A stretch of DNA of 64,000 nucleotides from an uncultured Rhodobacterales bacterium (lineage in GTDB: Bacteria > Pseudomonadota > Alphaproteobacteria > Rhodobacterales > Rhodobacteraceae), in contig CAZWDS010000001.1 in assembly GCA_964632495.1 (NCBI GenBank), forward strand, positions 21,318 to 85,317. Reading direction: 5' to 3'. Of the stretch, positions 8,975 to 17,209 are shown one piece after another (position 1 is the first letter of the stretch; each line of letters starts with the position of its first letter). A program made the translations under genes and the position numbers. A model generated the notes under the pieces. It did no database searches. It worked only from the letters and a program-made list of their open reading frames with translations, and had not been told where the DNA came from.

Positions 8975-9840
8975 GCAGCATCCTGCTTTGTATTTTTCAT
9001 TGCTTCTTCAAGATCCCCGAACGTCGGGCGCACGCCGTGAGGTGCGTTTTGACGCCCGACCTCGATGCATATTGCGGTTGCATGGTTGTGCAAGTTTGCA
9101 ACTAGAACCTCGCGAATCATTTCATAGAAATGGTGATCTTCTTCCGCGACGCCGCCCAACCGAGCCGCAAATGGTCCTGCAAATCCATAGGCTAAAAAGA
9201 CACCCAAGAAGGTTCCAACCAAAGCGCCACCAATCAGCTTTCCCAAGATCTCGGGCGGCTGATCGATCGAGCTCATGGTCTTGATCACACCCAGTACCGC
9301 AGCAACAATGCCTAATGCAGGAAGACCATCTGCCAGAGCTTGCATCGCGTGACTTGAATGCTGCTGGTGGTGCAAGTTCGCTTCCAGGCGCTTGTTCAGG
9401 ACCTCTTCCACTTGCATCGGGTCGTTATAGTTCATCGACGCAGACCGAAGTGTATCGCAGATTATCTCTATTGCTTCATGGTCAGCCAGTATTTTGGGGT
9501 AAGAACTGAAGATCGAAGAGTTTTCCGGTTCTTCGATGTGTTCTTCCAAGCCTACGGGATTCTGGCGAGCCAAACGTAAAAGCTCGAACAAAAGAACCAA
9601 AAGATCGCGATAGTCCTCTGCCTTCCACTTCGCTCCCTTGAAGACTTTGCCGACATCTTTGACCGCCTGCTTTGCACCAGAGCCACTGTTCGAAATCAAG
9701 AACGCCCCAAGCCCGGCCCCCCCGATCATCATCATCGCGAAAGGAAGCGACTTGAGTATAATTGCCATATTTGCACCGGCAGCAAGGTATCCGCCGAAGA
9801 CCATCACGAAAATGATAATTATTCCAATAATTCCGATCAA
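8971..9840 (-). CDS. motA: MotA, flagellar stator proton-channel protein
   Basis: 289 aa. N-terminus MIGIIGIIIIFVMVFGGY, four TM segments, and the conserved C-terminal TM3/4 region (LPALGIVAAVLGVIKTM...GALVGTFLGVFLAYGF). Confidence 0.9.
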   Translation of the reverse strand: MIGIIGIIIIFVMVFGGYLAAGANMAIILKSLPFAMMMIGGAGLGAFLISNSGSGAKQAVKDVGKVFKGAKWKAEDYRDLLVLLFELLRLARQNPVGLEEHIEEPENSSIFSSYPKILADHEAIEIICDTLRSASMNYNDPMQVEEVLNKRLEANLHHQQHSSHAMQALADGLPALGIVAAVLGVIKTMSSIDQPPEILGKLIGGALVGTFLGVFLAYGFAGPFAARLGGVAEEDHHFYEMIREVLVANLHNHATAICIEVGRQNAPHGVRPTFGDLEEAMKNTKQDAA

Positions 9841-9905
9841 AGTCGGCGTTCCCCCGGTGAACGAAAGTTTCGAACCCCTTTTCGCAGACGTCAGTTAACA
9901 ACGCG

Positions 9906-10544
9906 TCACTGTTTCACTGATGGCTCCGATGGATCTGGCACTATTTCACGGGGAACGTCCGCATTCCGCCCAGCCAGAACAACGCTGATCGAATACGCCA
10001 GGTCTGGATCCAGTCCGGCCAAAATTGCAGCAGCAGAATCCGAGCGCATTCGGCCAAGGAAGCCAGCCGCAAAGCTTGGCTCCATCCTCTCGAACAAGGC
10101 AGCGGCTTGTTCTGGCTTCATATTTTCGTATACGGCCGTCAATTGGCCGATGTCGGTTTCCGCCGCTTTGTCCGCTTGCGCCATGGTTGCACGCAAGGTT
10201 TCCTCAGCCACTTCAAGACGTTTTAGATCTTTTGCAACGGCGCCTTCGATAAGTGTCAGGGCTTGAATGCGCGCTTCCAATTCGGCCTCACGCTCGGCCA
10301 CGCGCTCTTCGCGCTCTTTCGTCTCAGCCAAAAGTTTGATCAGATCAGGCGCCAGGTCTTTGACCTCGGTATCAACGACATGCTCGTCGCTCGTATTGGC
10401 TTGAATTTGTTCTTTAAGTTCCAGGGCAATTGCTGCGCCTGTGCCGCTAAGGCGCAGCAACGCAGAACCAATAAGTACCAACGCTACGATCGTAAGAGCA
10501 CCACGGCCCGAAGCCCAGGCCCGTTTGGGCATCTTGCGTTTCAT
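9906..10544 (-). CDS. motE: MotE-family protein (MgtE_N-like repeats; putative periplasmic chaperone)
   Basis: N-terminal anchor/signal, a coiled coil, then MKPEQAAALFERMEPSFAAGFLGRMRSDSAAAILAGLDP, typical of the COG3334/MotE family. Confidence 0.65.
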   Translation of the reverse strand: MKRKMPKRAWASGRGALTIVALVLIGSALLRLSGTGAAIALELKEQIQANTSDEHVVDTEVKDLAPDLIKLLAETKEREERVAEREAELEARIQALTLIEGAVAKDLKRLEVAEETLRATMAQADKAAETDIGQLTAVYENMKPEQAAALFERMEPSFAAGFLGRMRSDSAAAILAGLDPDLAYSISVVLAGRNADVPREIVPDPSEPSVKQ

Positions 10545-10933
10545 TCCGCGGCCTCCTGTAATCCGGTTCGGCGCGTTTGAAACAGCGTTTTGTCCAAAGC
10601 AATCACTTCACCTTCTTCTTCGCAGGTCATCGAAGTTTTCTCGGTATCGACCGGCAAGTCGTGCATCGAAGCGACCAACAATTCCAATCGCTGCGCAACG
10701 CCTTCCGCGCGACCCGTCATCGAATCGAGCGATTCCGCAGACGATGTTGTGGCTGAACGAGCCGTTTCCAAGGCGTTAGTCATGTCATCAACCTGCGATG
10801 ATAAAACAGCAATTGCCCCGCCCACACCTTTCTCAAGATCAGTGAAGCGGCTCAAACGACGCGACAGGACAATGCAGTAAAGACCAGCGCCCAAGGCACC
10901 GGCAATCAGCAAAATATCGGCGATCATCTCCAT
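10541..10933 (-). CDS. 130-aa single-pass membrane coiled-coil protein, unknown function, flagellar operon
   Basis: One N-terminal TM helix (IADILLIAGALGAGLYCIVL), then a helical Ser/Ala/Glu-rich segment. 4-nt overlap with the motE start, and 8 nt downstream of fliL. Confidence 0.55.
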   Translation of the reverse strand: MEMIADILLIAGALGAGLYCIVLSRRLSRFTDLEKGVGGAIAVLSSQVDDMTNALETARSATTSSAESLDSMTGRAEGVAQRLELLVASMHDLPVDTEKTSMTCEEEGEVIALDKTLFQTRRTGLQEAAE

Positions 10934-10941
10934 AGTCGGCC

Positions 10942-11418
10942 TCAGTTCAGTACAAATTCCATTACAAGCAAGTCGCGAACCCGGTCACCGCCTACGACCA
11001 GATCGATGCGTCGGCGCATCTGCGAACGCAGCGTCAAAAGAGCCGACGGATCTTCGATTTCAGCAACCGTCAGGGATTGAAGGTAGGTATTCAGAACATC
11101 CACTACCCGCGGCAGCAATTTTTCGATATCCGATTGGCCGTTTGGATCGACTTCAAGTTCGGCGCGAAACCGAAGATGTCGCCGCTCGGACGGGCCGCCA
11201 ACTGACACCGTCATTGGCTCAACCGGAATAAACGCCAGATCATCACTCAGCATATCGTGCGTAGCGGCTTCTTCTCCACCGCTCCCGCCAAGCATGCCAG
11301 ACGTAAAAGCAAAGGCGCCACCACCACCGACCAAAGCCAAAACAAGCCCAATGACTAAGCCACCACGCTTTTTCTTGGGGGTTTCACCTTCGTCTTCGAT
11401 GTCTTCTTCGCCGGCCAT
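10942..11418 (-). CDS. fliL: FliL, flagellar basal-body-associated protein (paralog 2)
   Basis: Acidic N-terminus and a TM helix. Canonical FliL domain (FIPVEPMTVSV...RHLRFRAELEVD...LLPRVVDVLNTYLQSL...LLVMEFVLN). Confidence 0.85.
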   Translation of the reverse strand: MAGEEDIEDEGETPKKKRGGLVIGLVLALVGGGGAFAFTSGMLGGSGGEEAATHDMLSDDLAFIPVEPMTVSVGGPSERRHLRFRAELEVDPNGQSDIEKLLPRVVDVLNTYLQSLTVAEIEDPSALLTLRSQMRRRIDLVVGGDRVRDLLVMEFVLN

Positions 11419-11455
11419 AAATGCTCCTCTTCCTCTGGTCTTAACCCCATTCTGA

Positions 11456-11470
11456 CTAACCGAATGTTAA
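11456..11470. promoter_or_regulatory. CtrA-box-like motif CTAA-N7-TTAA in the fliL/fliF divergent region
   Basis: Read directly: CTAACCGAATGTTAA. It has one mismatch to TTAA-N7-TTAA. An extra TTAA lies at 11441-11444. Confidence 0.25.
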
Positions 11471-13131
11471 GGCCCCACTGCGATGGTTCATTTGAATTTT
11501 CGATAAACCCGGAGAATCTCTTGGATCAGTTGGTTTCGGTTTGGACAGGTCTCGACTTGCGAAAGCGCGTTACGGTCGTAATTGCGACAGTCTCAATGTT
11601 CGCTGCTGTCTATCTTATGGCCCAAATGGCTTCTAAGCCGCGACTGGCATTGCTATATGCAGGCCTAGATCCGTTGGCTGCTGGTGAAGTTGTAACCGCC
11701 CTGGAAGGTCGCGGTGCTGTTGTCGATATTCGTGGGTCGGCGATCTATGTCGATGCGGCGCAACGCGACGCTCTGCGGTTGGCTCTTGCTGGCGAAGGCC
11801 TGCCTCAGAATGGATCCCAAGGATATGAACTACTGGATTCGCTCAGCGGATTTGGGACAACGGCGCAAATGTTTGATGCGGCTTATTGGCGAGCCAAAGA
11901 AGGCGAACTTGCGCGAACCATAACATCCAATCGGCAATTCGTGGCGGCGCGCGTCCACATATCAAACCCGTCTAGCGATCCGTTTCGCCAAGGCCAGGTC
12001 GGCTCGGCTTCTGTTTCCGTTACATTGGCGTCCGGAAGCATGTCTGCGCAGCAGGCCACGGCCTTGCGCTATCTTGTGGCGTCCGCGATCAGTGGTTTGG
12101 ATCCGGCCAATGTATCCGTCATCGATGGGGCAACTGGGCTTATTCCAAACTCGGACGATCCCACGACGATGGCCTCTGGTGCCAGTGACAATCGCGCGGA
12201 CACGATACGCCAAAGTGTGACCAGGCTTTTGGAAGCGCGTGTTGGGATCGGAAAAGCCGTGGTCGAAGTAACTGTTGATCCGGTCACCATCCGCGAAGAA
12301 ATCACAGAGCGCCGTTTTGAGCCTGACAGTCGCGTGCCCATCAGTTCAAATTCCGAAGAAACGACAACACGGTCTACGAACGCCGGTGGAAACTCCGTCA
12401 CTGTTGCGTCCAACCTGCCAAACGGTGACGCTGGTGGGTCCTCGGGATCGTCGGAAAGCAGTGAAACTCGTTCACGCGAAACGGTGAACTTTGAAGTGTC
12501 CGAAACACAGCGCGCAGTTACCAGCGAACCAGGTTCGGTCAAACGTGTCAGCGTTGCTGTGTTGGTTGACGGCGTTCGCACGACCGCGGCAGATGGAACG
12601 ACCACCTGGGAACCGCGCAGCGAGGCTGAGCTTGGCGATCTTCGCCAACTAGTCACATCGGCGATCGGGTTCGATGAAACGCGCGGCGATCAAGTGACAA
12701 TCCGGACGATGGAATTCGAGCCTTTGCCCGAACTGGCACCATCGCAGCCGATTTCCTTTATGGATCGCTTTGCAATCGACGTTATGGGCTTGGTGCAGAT
12801 GGCCGTCGCAGCGCTTGTATCGCTGATCCTTGGATTGTTTGTAGTCAAGCCAATCCTTACACGGGCACCTGCCCGACCCACGGCGCAACTTCAGGCACCC
12901 GAACAAAGAGATTTAGACGAGAACGTCCTGGGCGACCTTCCTGCGCTTGATGGCGAGATTGGCGGTATTGGCGACTTTGCTCCCCTCGATGACCTGCCCT
13001 CGTTTGATAGTATCCAGGGCGGCGGCGGAGATCCGGCCGAGCGCCTGCGTCAACTCATTGAACAAAAGCAGGACGAAACAGTCGAAGTTCTGAACCAATG
13101 GATGAATGACCCGCAAGAGGCGGCCAGATGA
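11464..13131 (+). CDS. fliF: FliF, flagellar MS-ring protein
   Basis: FliF N-domain (RKRVTVVIATVSMFAAVYLM...LLYAGLDPLAAGEVVTALE...IYVDAAQRDALRLALAGEGLPQ), a C-terminal TM and an acidic tail. An alternative in-frame TTG start at 11521 has a better SD (GGAG at 11511-11514). Confidence 0.9.
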   Translation: MLRPHCDGSFEFSINPENLLDQLVSVWTGLDLRKRVTVVIATVSMFAAVYLMAQMASKPRLALLYAGLDPLAAGEVVTALEGRGAVVDIRGSAIYVDAAQRDALRLALAGEGLPQNGSQGYELLDSLSGFGTTAQMFDAAYWRAKEGELARTITSNRQFVAARVHISNPSSDPFRQGQVGSASVSVTLASGSMSAQQATALRYLVASAISGLDPANVSVIDGATGLIPNSDDPTTMASGASDNRADTIRQSVTRLLEARVGIGKAVVEVTVDPVTIREEITERRFEPDSRVPISSNSEETTTRSTNAGGNSVTVASNLPNGDAGGSSGSSESSETRSRETVNFEVSETQRAVTSEPGSVKRVSVAVLVDGVRTTAADGTTTWEPRSEAELGDLRQLVTSAIGFDETRGDQVTIRTMEFEPLPELAPSQPISFMDRFAIDVMGLVQMAVAALVSLILGLFVVKPILTRAPARPTAQLQAPEQRDLDENVLGDLPALDGEIGGIGDFAPLDDLPSFDSIQGGGGDPAERLRQLIEQKQDETVEVLNQWMNDPQEAAR

Positions 13132-13730
13132 CGCTTCAGAACATTTTGGAGACTTTTGAGACCGAAAGCAGTGCCTCGGTCGCCCTTTCCGGACAACCCG
13201 ATCCGAAGGAACTGGAAGCGATCCGGGCGGAGGCGTTCGAAAGCGGCTATTCTTCTGGCTGGGAAGACGCTCAAAAGGCAGATGGCGCAGCACGTGAACG
13301 TGTGGAAGCAGAATTTGAACGCAACATCCAGAATTTGATCTTTACCTATTCAGAAGCCGTCGATTGCGTACGTGGAGAATTGAAGAGTTTTCTAAGCGCC
13401 ATCATCAACGGCTTCCTCCCCGAGATCGTCCCGGATCTTACGCGCGAGCACGTCCGAAACGAGCTTTTGAAACTGGCAGACGACCTTGTCGAAGCTCCTG
13501 TTGAAATCGTCTGCTCGCCCGACAGCAAGGCGCTTCTGGAAGAGCTTCTTCATTCCAATGCAGCTTTGGAAATTCGCTTGATCGAAGATGGGTCTTTGGC
13601 CGCACGCCAAGTCTACATCCGCATAGCCGAGCGTGAAATCGAAGTGAATGTCACGCCGCTGATCGAAGCATTGCGTGTTCAACTTCGGGCTGTTGCCGAA
13701 GACGTCACAGAAAGGACATCCCATGGCTGA
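13128..13730 (+). CDS. FliH-like flagellar assembly protein
   Basis: 200 aa, with ATGA overlap to the fliF stop. Has the AFESGYSSGWEDAQK motif and a charged helical N-half, as in FliH. Positioned between fliF and fliN. Confidence 0.55.
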   Translation: MTLQNILETFETESSASVALSGQPDPKELEAIRAEAFESGYSSGWEDAQKADGAARERVEAEFERNIQNLIFTYSEAVDCVRGELKSFLSAIINGFLPEIVPDLTREHVRNELLKLADDLVEAPVEIVCSPDSKALLEELLHSNAALEIRLIEDGSLAARQVYIRIAEREIEVNVTPLIEALRVQLRAVAEDVTERTSHG

Positions 13731-14007
13731 AGACCTTAATTTAAGTGGACTGGCCGAGTCGCGTTTTGCACAAGTCCCTATCGAAATAACGATTTCGGTT
13801 GGTATGGCGCGACCGCTTGTCAAAGACCTATTATCGCTGGAAGAAGATGCCATTCTACCTTTGGATCGAACACTTGAAGACCCAGTCGAACTTTTCATCG
13901 GCGACAAACTAATCGGTCGCGGGCAACTTGAAGAAATTGATGGCGAGGGTTCTGGAAAATTAGGCGTACGTATCGTCGAGATCGCCCAACCCAAAGAAAA
14001 CAACTAA
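13723..14007 (+). CDS. fliN: FliN, flagellar C-ring/switch protein
   Basis: SpoA-type domain (VPIEITISVGMARPLVKDLLSLEEDAILPLDRTLEDPVELFIGDKLIGRGQL). ATG at 13723 is preceded by AAAGGA and overlaps the upstream stop. The track ORF start at 13675 is judged too early. Confidence 0.88.
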   Translation: MAEDLNLSGLAESRFAQVPIEITISVGMARPLVKDLLSLEEDAILPLDRTLEDPVELFIGDKLIGRGQLEEIDGEGSGKLGVRIVEIAQPKENN

Positions 14008-14008
14008 A

Positions 14009-14758
14009 GTGCGGTGTGCTTGGTGGTATCAGGGTCTGACCGTCTTTGCCGTGGCTTTCGTGACAATGGTCTGTCTTGCGTTACCAGCCAATGCGCAAGA
14101 TTTCACGCTATCCTTTTCAGAAGACGGATCATTGACCGCGCGATCTGTGCAACTTCTCATTCTGCTCACAGTCCTAAGCCTGGTTCCAGCTCTGGCCATA
14201 ATGTTCACCTGCTTCCCCTTTATGGTGACCGTATTGTCGATCTTGCGGCAAGGAATTGGTCTACAGCAATCTCCGCCCAACATGCTGATTGTCAGCCTGG
14301 CGTTGTTCCTGACATACTTCGTTATGGAACCCGTCTTTTTGTCCGCGTGGCAAAATGGGATAAATCCCCTTCTTGAAGGTCAGATTTCAGGCGAAGCTGC
14401 GGCGGAAGAAACGATTGCCCCTTTTCGCGTTTTCATGATGGGACGCGTGCAGGCAGACACGATGTCAATTTTGGCGGATCTACGTCCTGAAACCTCCAAT
14501 ATCACACCTGAAACAGCGCCTTTATCTGTGCTTGTTCCTTCCTTTCTTCTCAGCGAAATTGAGCGTGCCTTTCAAATTGGCTTTCTGATTTTTCTTCCCT
14601 TTCTCATAATTGATCTAGTTGTAGCGGCTATTCTTATGTCGATGGGAATGATGATGGTTCCACCGGTAATAGTTTCGTTACCCTTCAAACTCGCATTTTT
14701 CGTCGTAGCCGACGGATGGAGTCTTGTTAGCGGCGCACTTGTTCGAAGTTATTTTTGA
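14009..14758 (+). CDS. fliP: FliP, flagellar export apparatus protein
   Basis: Signal-like N-terminus. Conserved FliP motifs (TVLSLVPALAIMFTCFPFMVTVLSILRQGIG, FLPFLIIDLVVAAILMSMGMMMVPP). Confidence 0.93.
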   Translation: MRCAWWYQGLTVFAVAFVTMVCLALPANAQDFTLSFSEDGSLTARSVQLLILLTVLSLVPALAIMFTCFPFMVTVLSILRQGIGLQQSPPNMLIVSLALFLTYFVMEPVFLSAWQNGINPLLEGQISGEAAAEETIAPFRVFMMGRVQADTMSILADLRPETSNITPETAPLSVLVPSFLLSEIERAFQIGFLIFLPFLIIDLVVAAILMSMGMMMVPPVIVSLPFKLAFFVVADGWSLVSGALVRSYF

Positions 14759-15101
14759 AACATAAGCTCGCTCAAACTCCATTCAGGAGCCAACTTTACC
14801 AAAGCGATCTACATTACCGTTGGCAGAAATGCCGTCAGATCAGTAGAGAATGAAGATCGCGGTCGAGTTTTACGACACCTGTTTCGAACACGCTCAGTTT
14901 ATTCGCGATTTGGATTAACAATTCTCGTAAGAACGCTTGAAACAGATTAAAGTAAATTCAGTACACTATCGGTCATATTGGATTGAATACCAAAATATTG
15001 ATCAACTTGAATAGGGAGCGATTGATCCCATCGCATTCTATCGAAATAAAGTCGATACAATCACCGGAAACCATACGCGAAAGTTGAGGTTTTCTATTCC
15101 G

Positions 15102-16199
15102 CTATCGCACCACGAATTCCGCGTGCAATGCACCTGCTGCTTTGATCGTCTTCAATATATCAATCATATCACGCGGAGATACGCCCAAGGCATTTAAACC
15201 TGCGACGACCTCAGAAAGAGTCGTTCCGTCCGGCACTTCCGCCATTCCAACTCCTGGTTCCTCAATAATGTCCGCTTGGGTTCTTGGCACAACGATTGTT
15301 TCACCTTCAGCAAATGGATTTGGTTGGACAACAAACGGAGTCTCTTCGATTCGAAGAGTTAGATTGCCTTGGCTGACCGCGACTCGTGAAATGCGAACAT
15401 CTTCCCCCATCACGATCGTACCCGATCTTTGGTCTACGACAACGCGCGCGCGCTGCTCAGGCTCAACAAGCAGCGATTCAATGGCACTAAGAGCGTGCGC
15501 CGGAGATGTTGTTCCAGTCGCCGCGACCTTTACCACAACCGTTCCCGGATCGGTCATAGTGGCAACACGGCGACCAAATGCCGAGTTCACGGTGTTTTCG
15601 ATCCGAGCTGCTGTCGTAAAGTCTGGAGATCTCAAAGCCATACGAATCTCACGCAAAGACGAAAAGTCGAACGGGACTTCACGTTCAACACGCGCTCCCG
15701 CAGGAACCGACCCAGACGTCGGAACACCTTGAACGACACTGGCGCCATCTCCTTCAACGGACGCACCGCCTGCGATGACCGTTCCCTGGCCAACCGCGTA
15801 AATTAGCCCATCCGCCGCATTCAACGGTGTCATGACCAAGGTTCCGCCTAGTAAACTGCTTGCGTCACCTATCGCTGAAACGGTCAAATCAATGCGGCTA
15901 CCGGCACGTGCGAATGGGGGAAGCTCTGCTGTTACCAAGACAGCCGCAACGTTTCGAGGTCGAAACTGCTCGCCAGTTACATTTACCCCAAGTCGTTCGA
16001 GTATGTTGGACATGATTTCTTCTGTGAACGGCGCGTTGCGAATACCATCACCACTGCCGTTCAAACCGACGACCAGTCCATAGCCAATTAAATCGTTCCC
16101 GCGCACCCCATCGAATTCGACCAAGTCCTTGATCCGAACTTCAGTGGCGCAGACAGACGTCGCCCACAGCGCGGCGCAGAGAATAAGGAATGTTCTCAC
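15102..16199 (-). CDS. flgI: FlgI, flagellar P-ring protein
   Basis: Signal peptide plus RIKDLVEFDGVRGNDLIGYGLVVGLNGSGD and the C-terminal LVAGLNALGVSPRDMIDILKTIKAAGALHAE. Confidence 0.95.
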   Translation of the reverse strand: MRTFLILCAALWATSVCATEVRIKDLVEFDGVRGNDLIGYGLVVGLNGSGDGIRNAPFTEEIMSNILERLGVNVTGEQFRPRNVAAVLVTAELPPFARAGSRIDLTVSAIGDASSLLGGTLVMTPLNAADGLIYAVGQGTVIAGGASVEGDGASVVQGVPTSGSVPAGARVEREVPFDFSSLREIRMALRSPDFTTAARIENTVNSAFGRRVATMTDPGTVVVKVAATGTTSPAHALSAIESLLVEPEQRARVVVDQRSGTIVMGEDVRISRVAVSQGNLTLRIEETPFVVQPNPFAEGETIVVPRTQADIIEEPGVGMAEVPDGTTLSEVVAGLNALGVSPRDMIDILKTIKAAGALHAEFVVR

Positions 16200-17206
16200 T
16201 ACAAATACCTCGTCAAAGAAAGTCCTGATAACCGCGCCGTTATGGCGTAAAGTGTTTGCAGTTGCGTCTCAACCGATTGAAGCTCCACCGCAGTCTCGTA
16301 GGGATCAACAGATATGAGATTTGAACGCGCCACCTTTAATGACTCGGTCTCTGCCATAACTTCGACGCGGGCACGGCTCAATTGCCCTTCGCTCGCCCCT
16401 ATTTGAGCTTGCAAATCAACGATACCATCGCCCGCTTCGATCAAGTTTAATCCAGACAACCGAGCCAAATTTCCACGTTCAGTAGTATCACCTGGCAAAA
16501 CGTCCCGCGCCAATAGACTGCTCATCGCAAGACCGCTCAAAAATTCCCTGATAGACCGGTCATCGGCGGTCACCGTAGATGCGGCAATCTCTCCGTCCGA
16601 CAATCGAGGGCCTGAAGACGGCTGGGGGCCACCGATATAACCAACTGTGTCGTACCCGCCACCCATCTGAAACCAGTCACTGACAACCTGGGCCACATCG
16701 TTTGCAGTGGTCGCACCGGCAGTTGTGATTTCGACTTCAATTGCAGAAAGAATTGTGTCTGCATCAGCGACCGCAGGACGGTCTGTTGCAATGCCAGAGA
16801 AATTCGTGCGCCCACCGGATTGTGTATTAAGATTTGCAAGCGCCGAGTCGAAGCGAGACAGCGCATCATGACCGGCGGTGACCACCAAAGTTGGGTCGCC
16901 AGACTCTTGAACAAGCATCAAAGTCGATGAAATGTCACCAAGAGTGCGAAAGGTATTCAAGGTGGATTGCTGATCTCGAATGACAAGTTCGCGCTCGGAA
17001 ATGACGACCAAGTAACTTTCTGCCTTCAGCAATCCCCGTTCTACCCCAGTCAACGGGTTGAAATTACCTTTGAACCGGTCCGCAAGATTCGAGTCAATAC
17101 CACTCGAAAGCTCGTTAGTGAGCCGCGTGAGGTCTTGTCTGATAGTGCTGGTGTCTCGCCGAAGTTGCAGGTTTCTTGCAAGATCGCCAATCGATGTAAC
17201 ATGCAT
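16199..17206 (-). CDS. flgL: FlgL, hook-filament junction protein (HAP3)
   Basis: Flagellin-type N- and C-terminal helices (LRRDTSTIRQDLTRLTNELSSG...ETAVELQSVETQLQTLYAITARL). Positioned after flgK. Confidence 0.75.
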   Translation of the reverse strand: MHVTSIGDLARNLQLRRDTSTIRQDLTRLTNELSSGIDSNLADRFKGNFNPLTGVERGLLKAESYLVVISERELVIRDQQSTLNTFRTLGDISSTLMLVQESGDPTLVVTAGHDALSRFDSALANLNTQSGGRTNFSGIATDRPAVADADTILSAIEVEITTAGATTANDVAQVVSDWFQMGGGYDTVGYIGGPQPSSGPRLSDGEIAASTVTADDRSIREFLSGLAMSSLLARDVLPGDTTERGNLARLSGLNLIEAGDGIVDLQAQIGASEGQLSRARVEVMAETESLKVARSNLISVDPYETAVELQSVETQLQTLYAITARLSGLSLTRYL

Positions 17207-17209
17207 GAA

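Noticed and set aside
9482-9901. 139-aa minus-strand ORF overlapping the motA 5' region in another frame
   Set aside because: It is out of frame with the strongly supported motA and would span the motE-motA spacer. Its composition is Arg/Gly/Cys-rich and it has no SD.
13675-13722. Longer fliN start (track ORF from 13675)
   Set aside because: It would overlap the fliH-like gene by 56 nt. The ATG at 13723 has an SD-like AAAGGA and gives a typical ATGA stop-start junction.
12069-14003. 195-aa (12069-12656) and 203-aa (13392-14003) minus-strand ORFs
   Set aside because: They are antisense to fliF and to fliH-like/fliN respectively. Their Ser/Arg-rich composition offers no support for coding.
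14850-14918. 22-codon ATG mini-ORF (MKIAVEFYDTCFEHAQFIRDLD) in the low-GC fliP-flgI spacer
   Set aside because: It has no convincing SD and is too short to evaluate without conservation or ribosome-profiling data. It is kept only as a note under the spacer finding.
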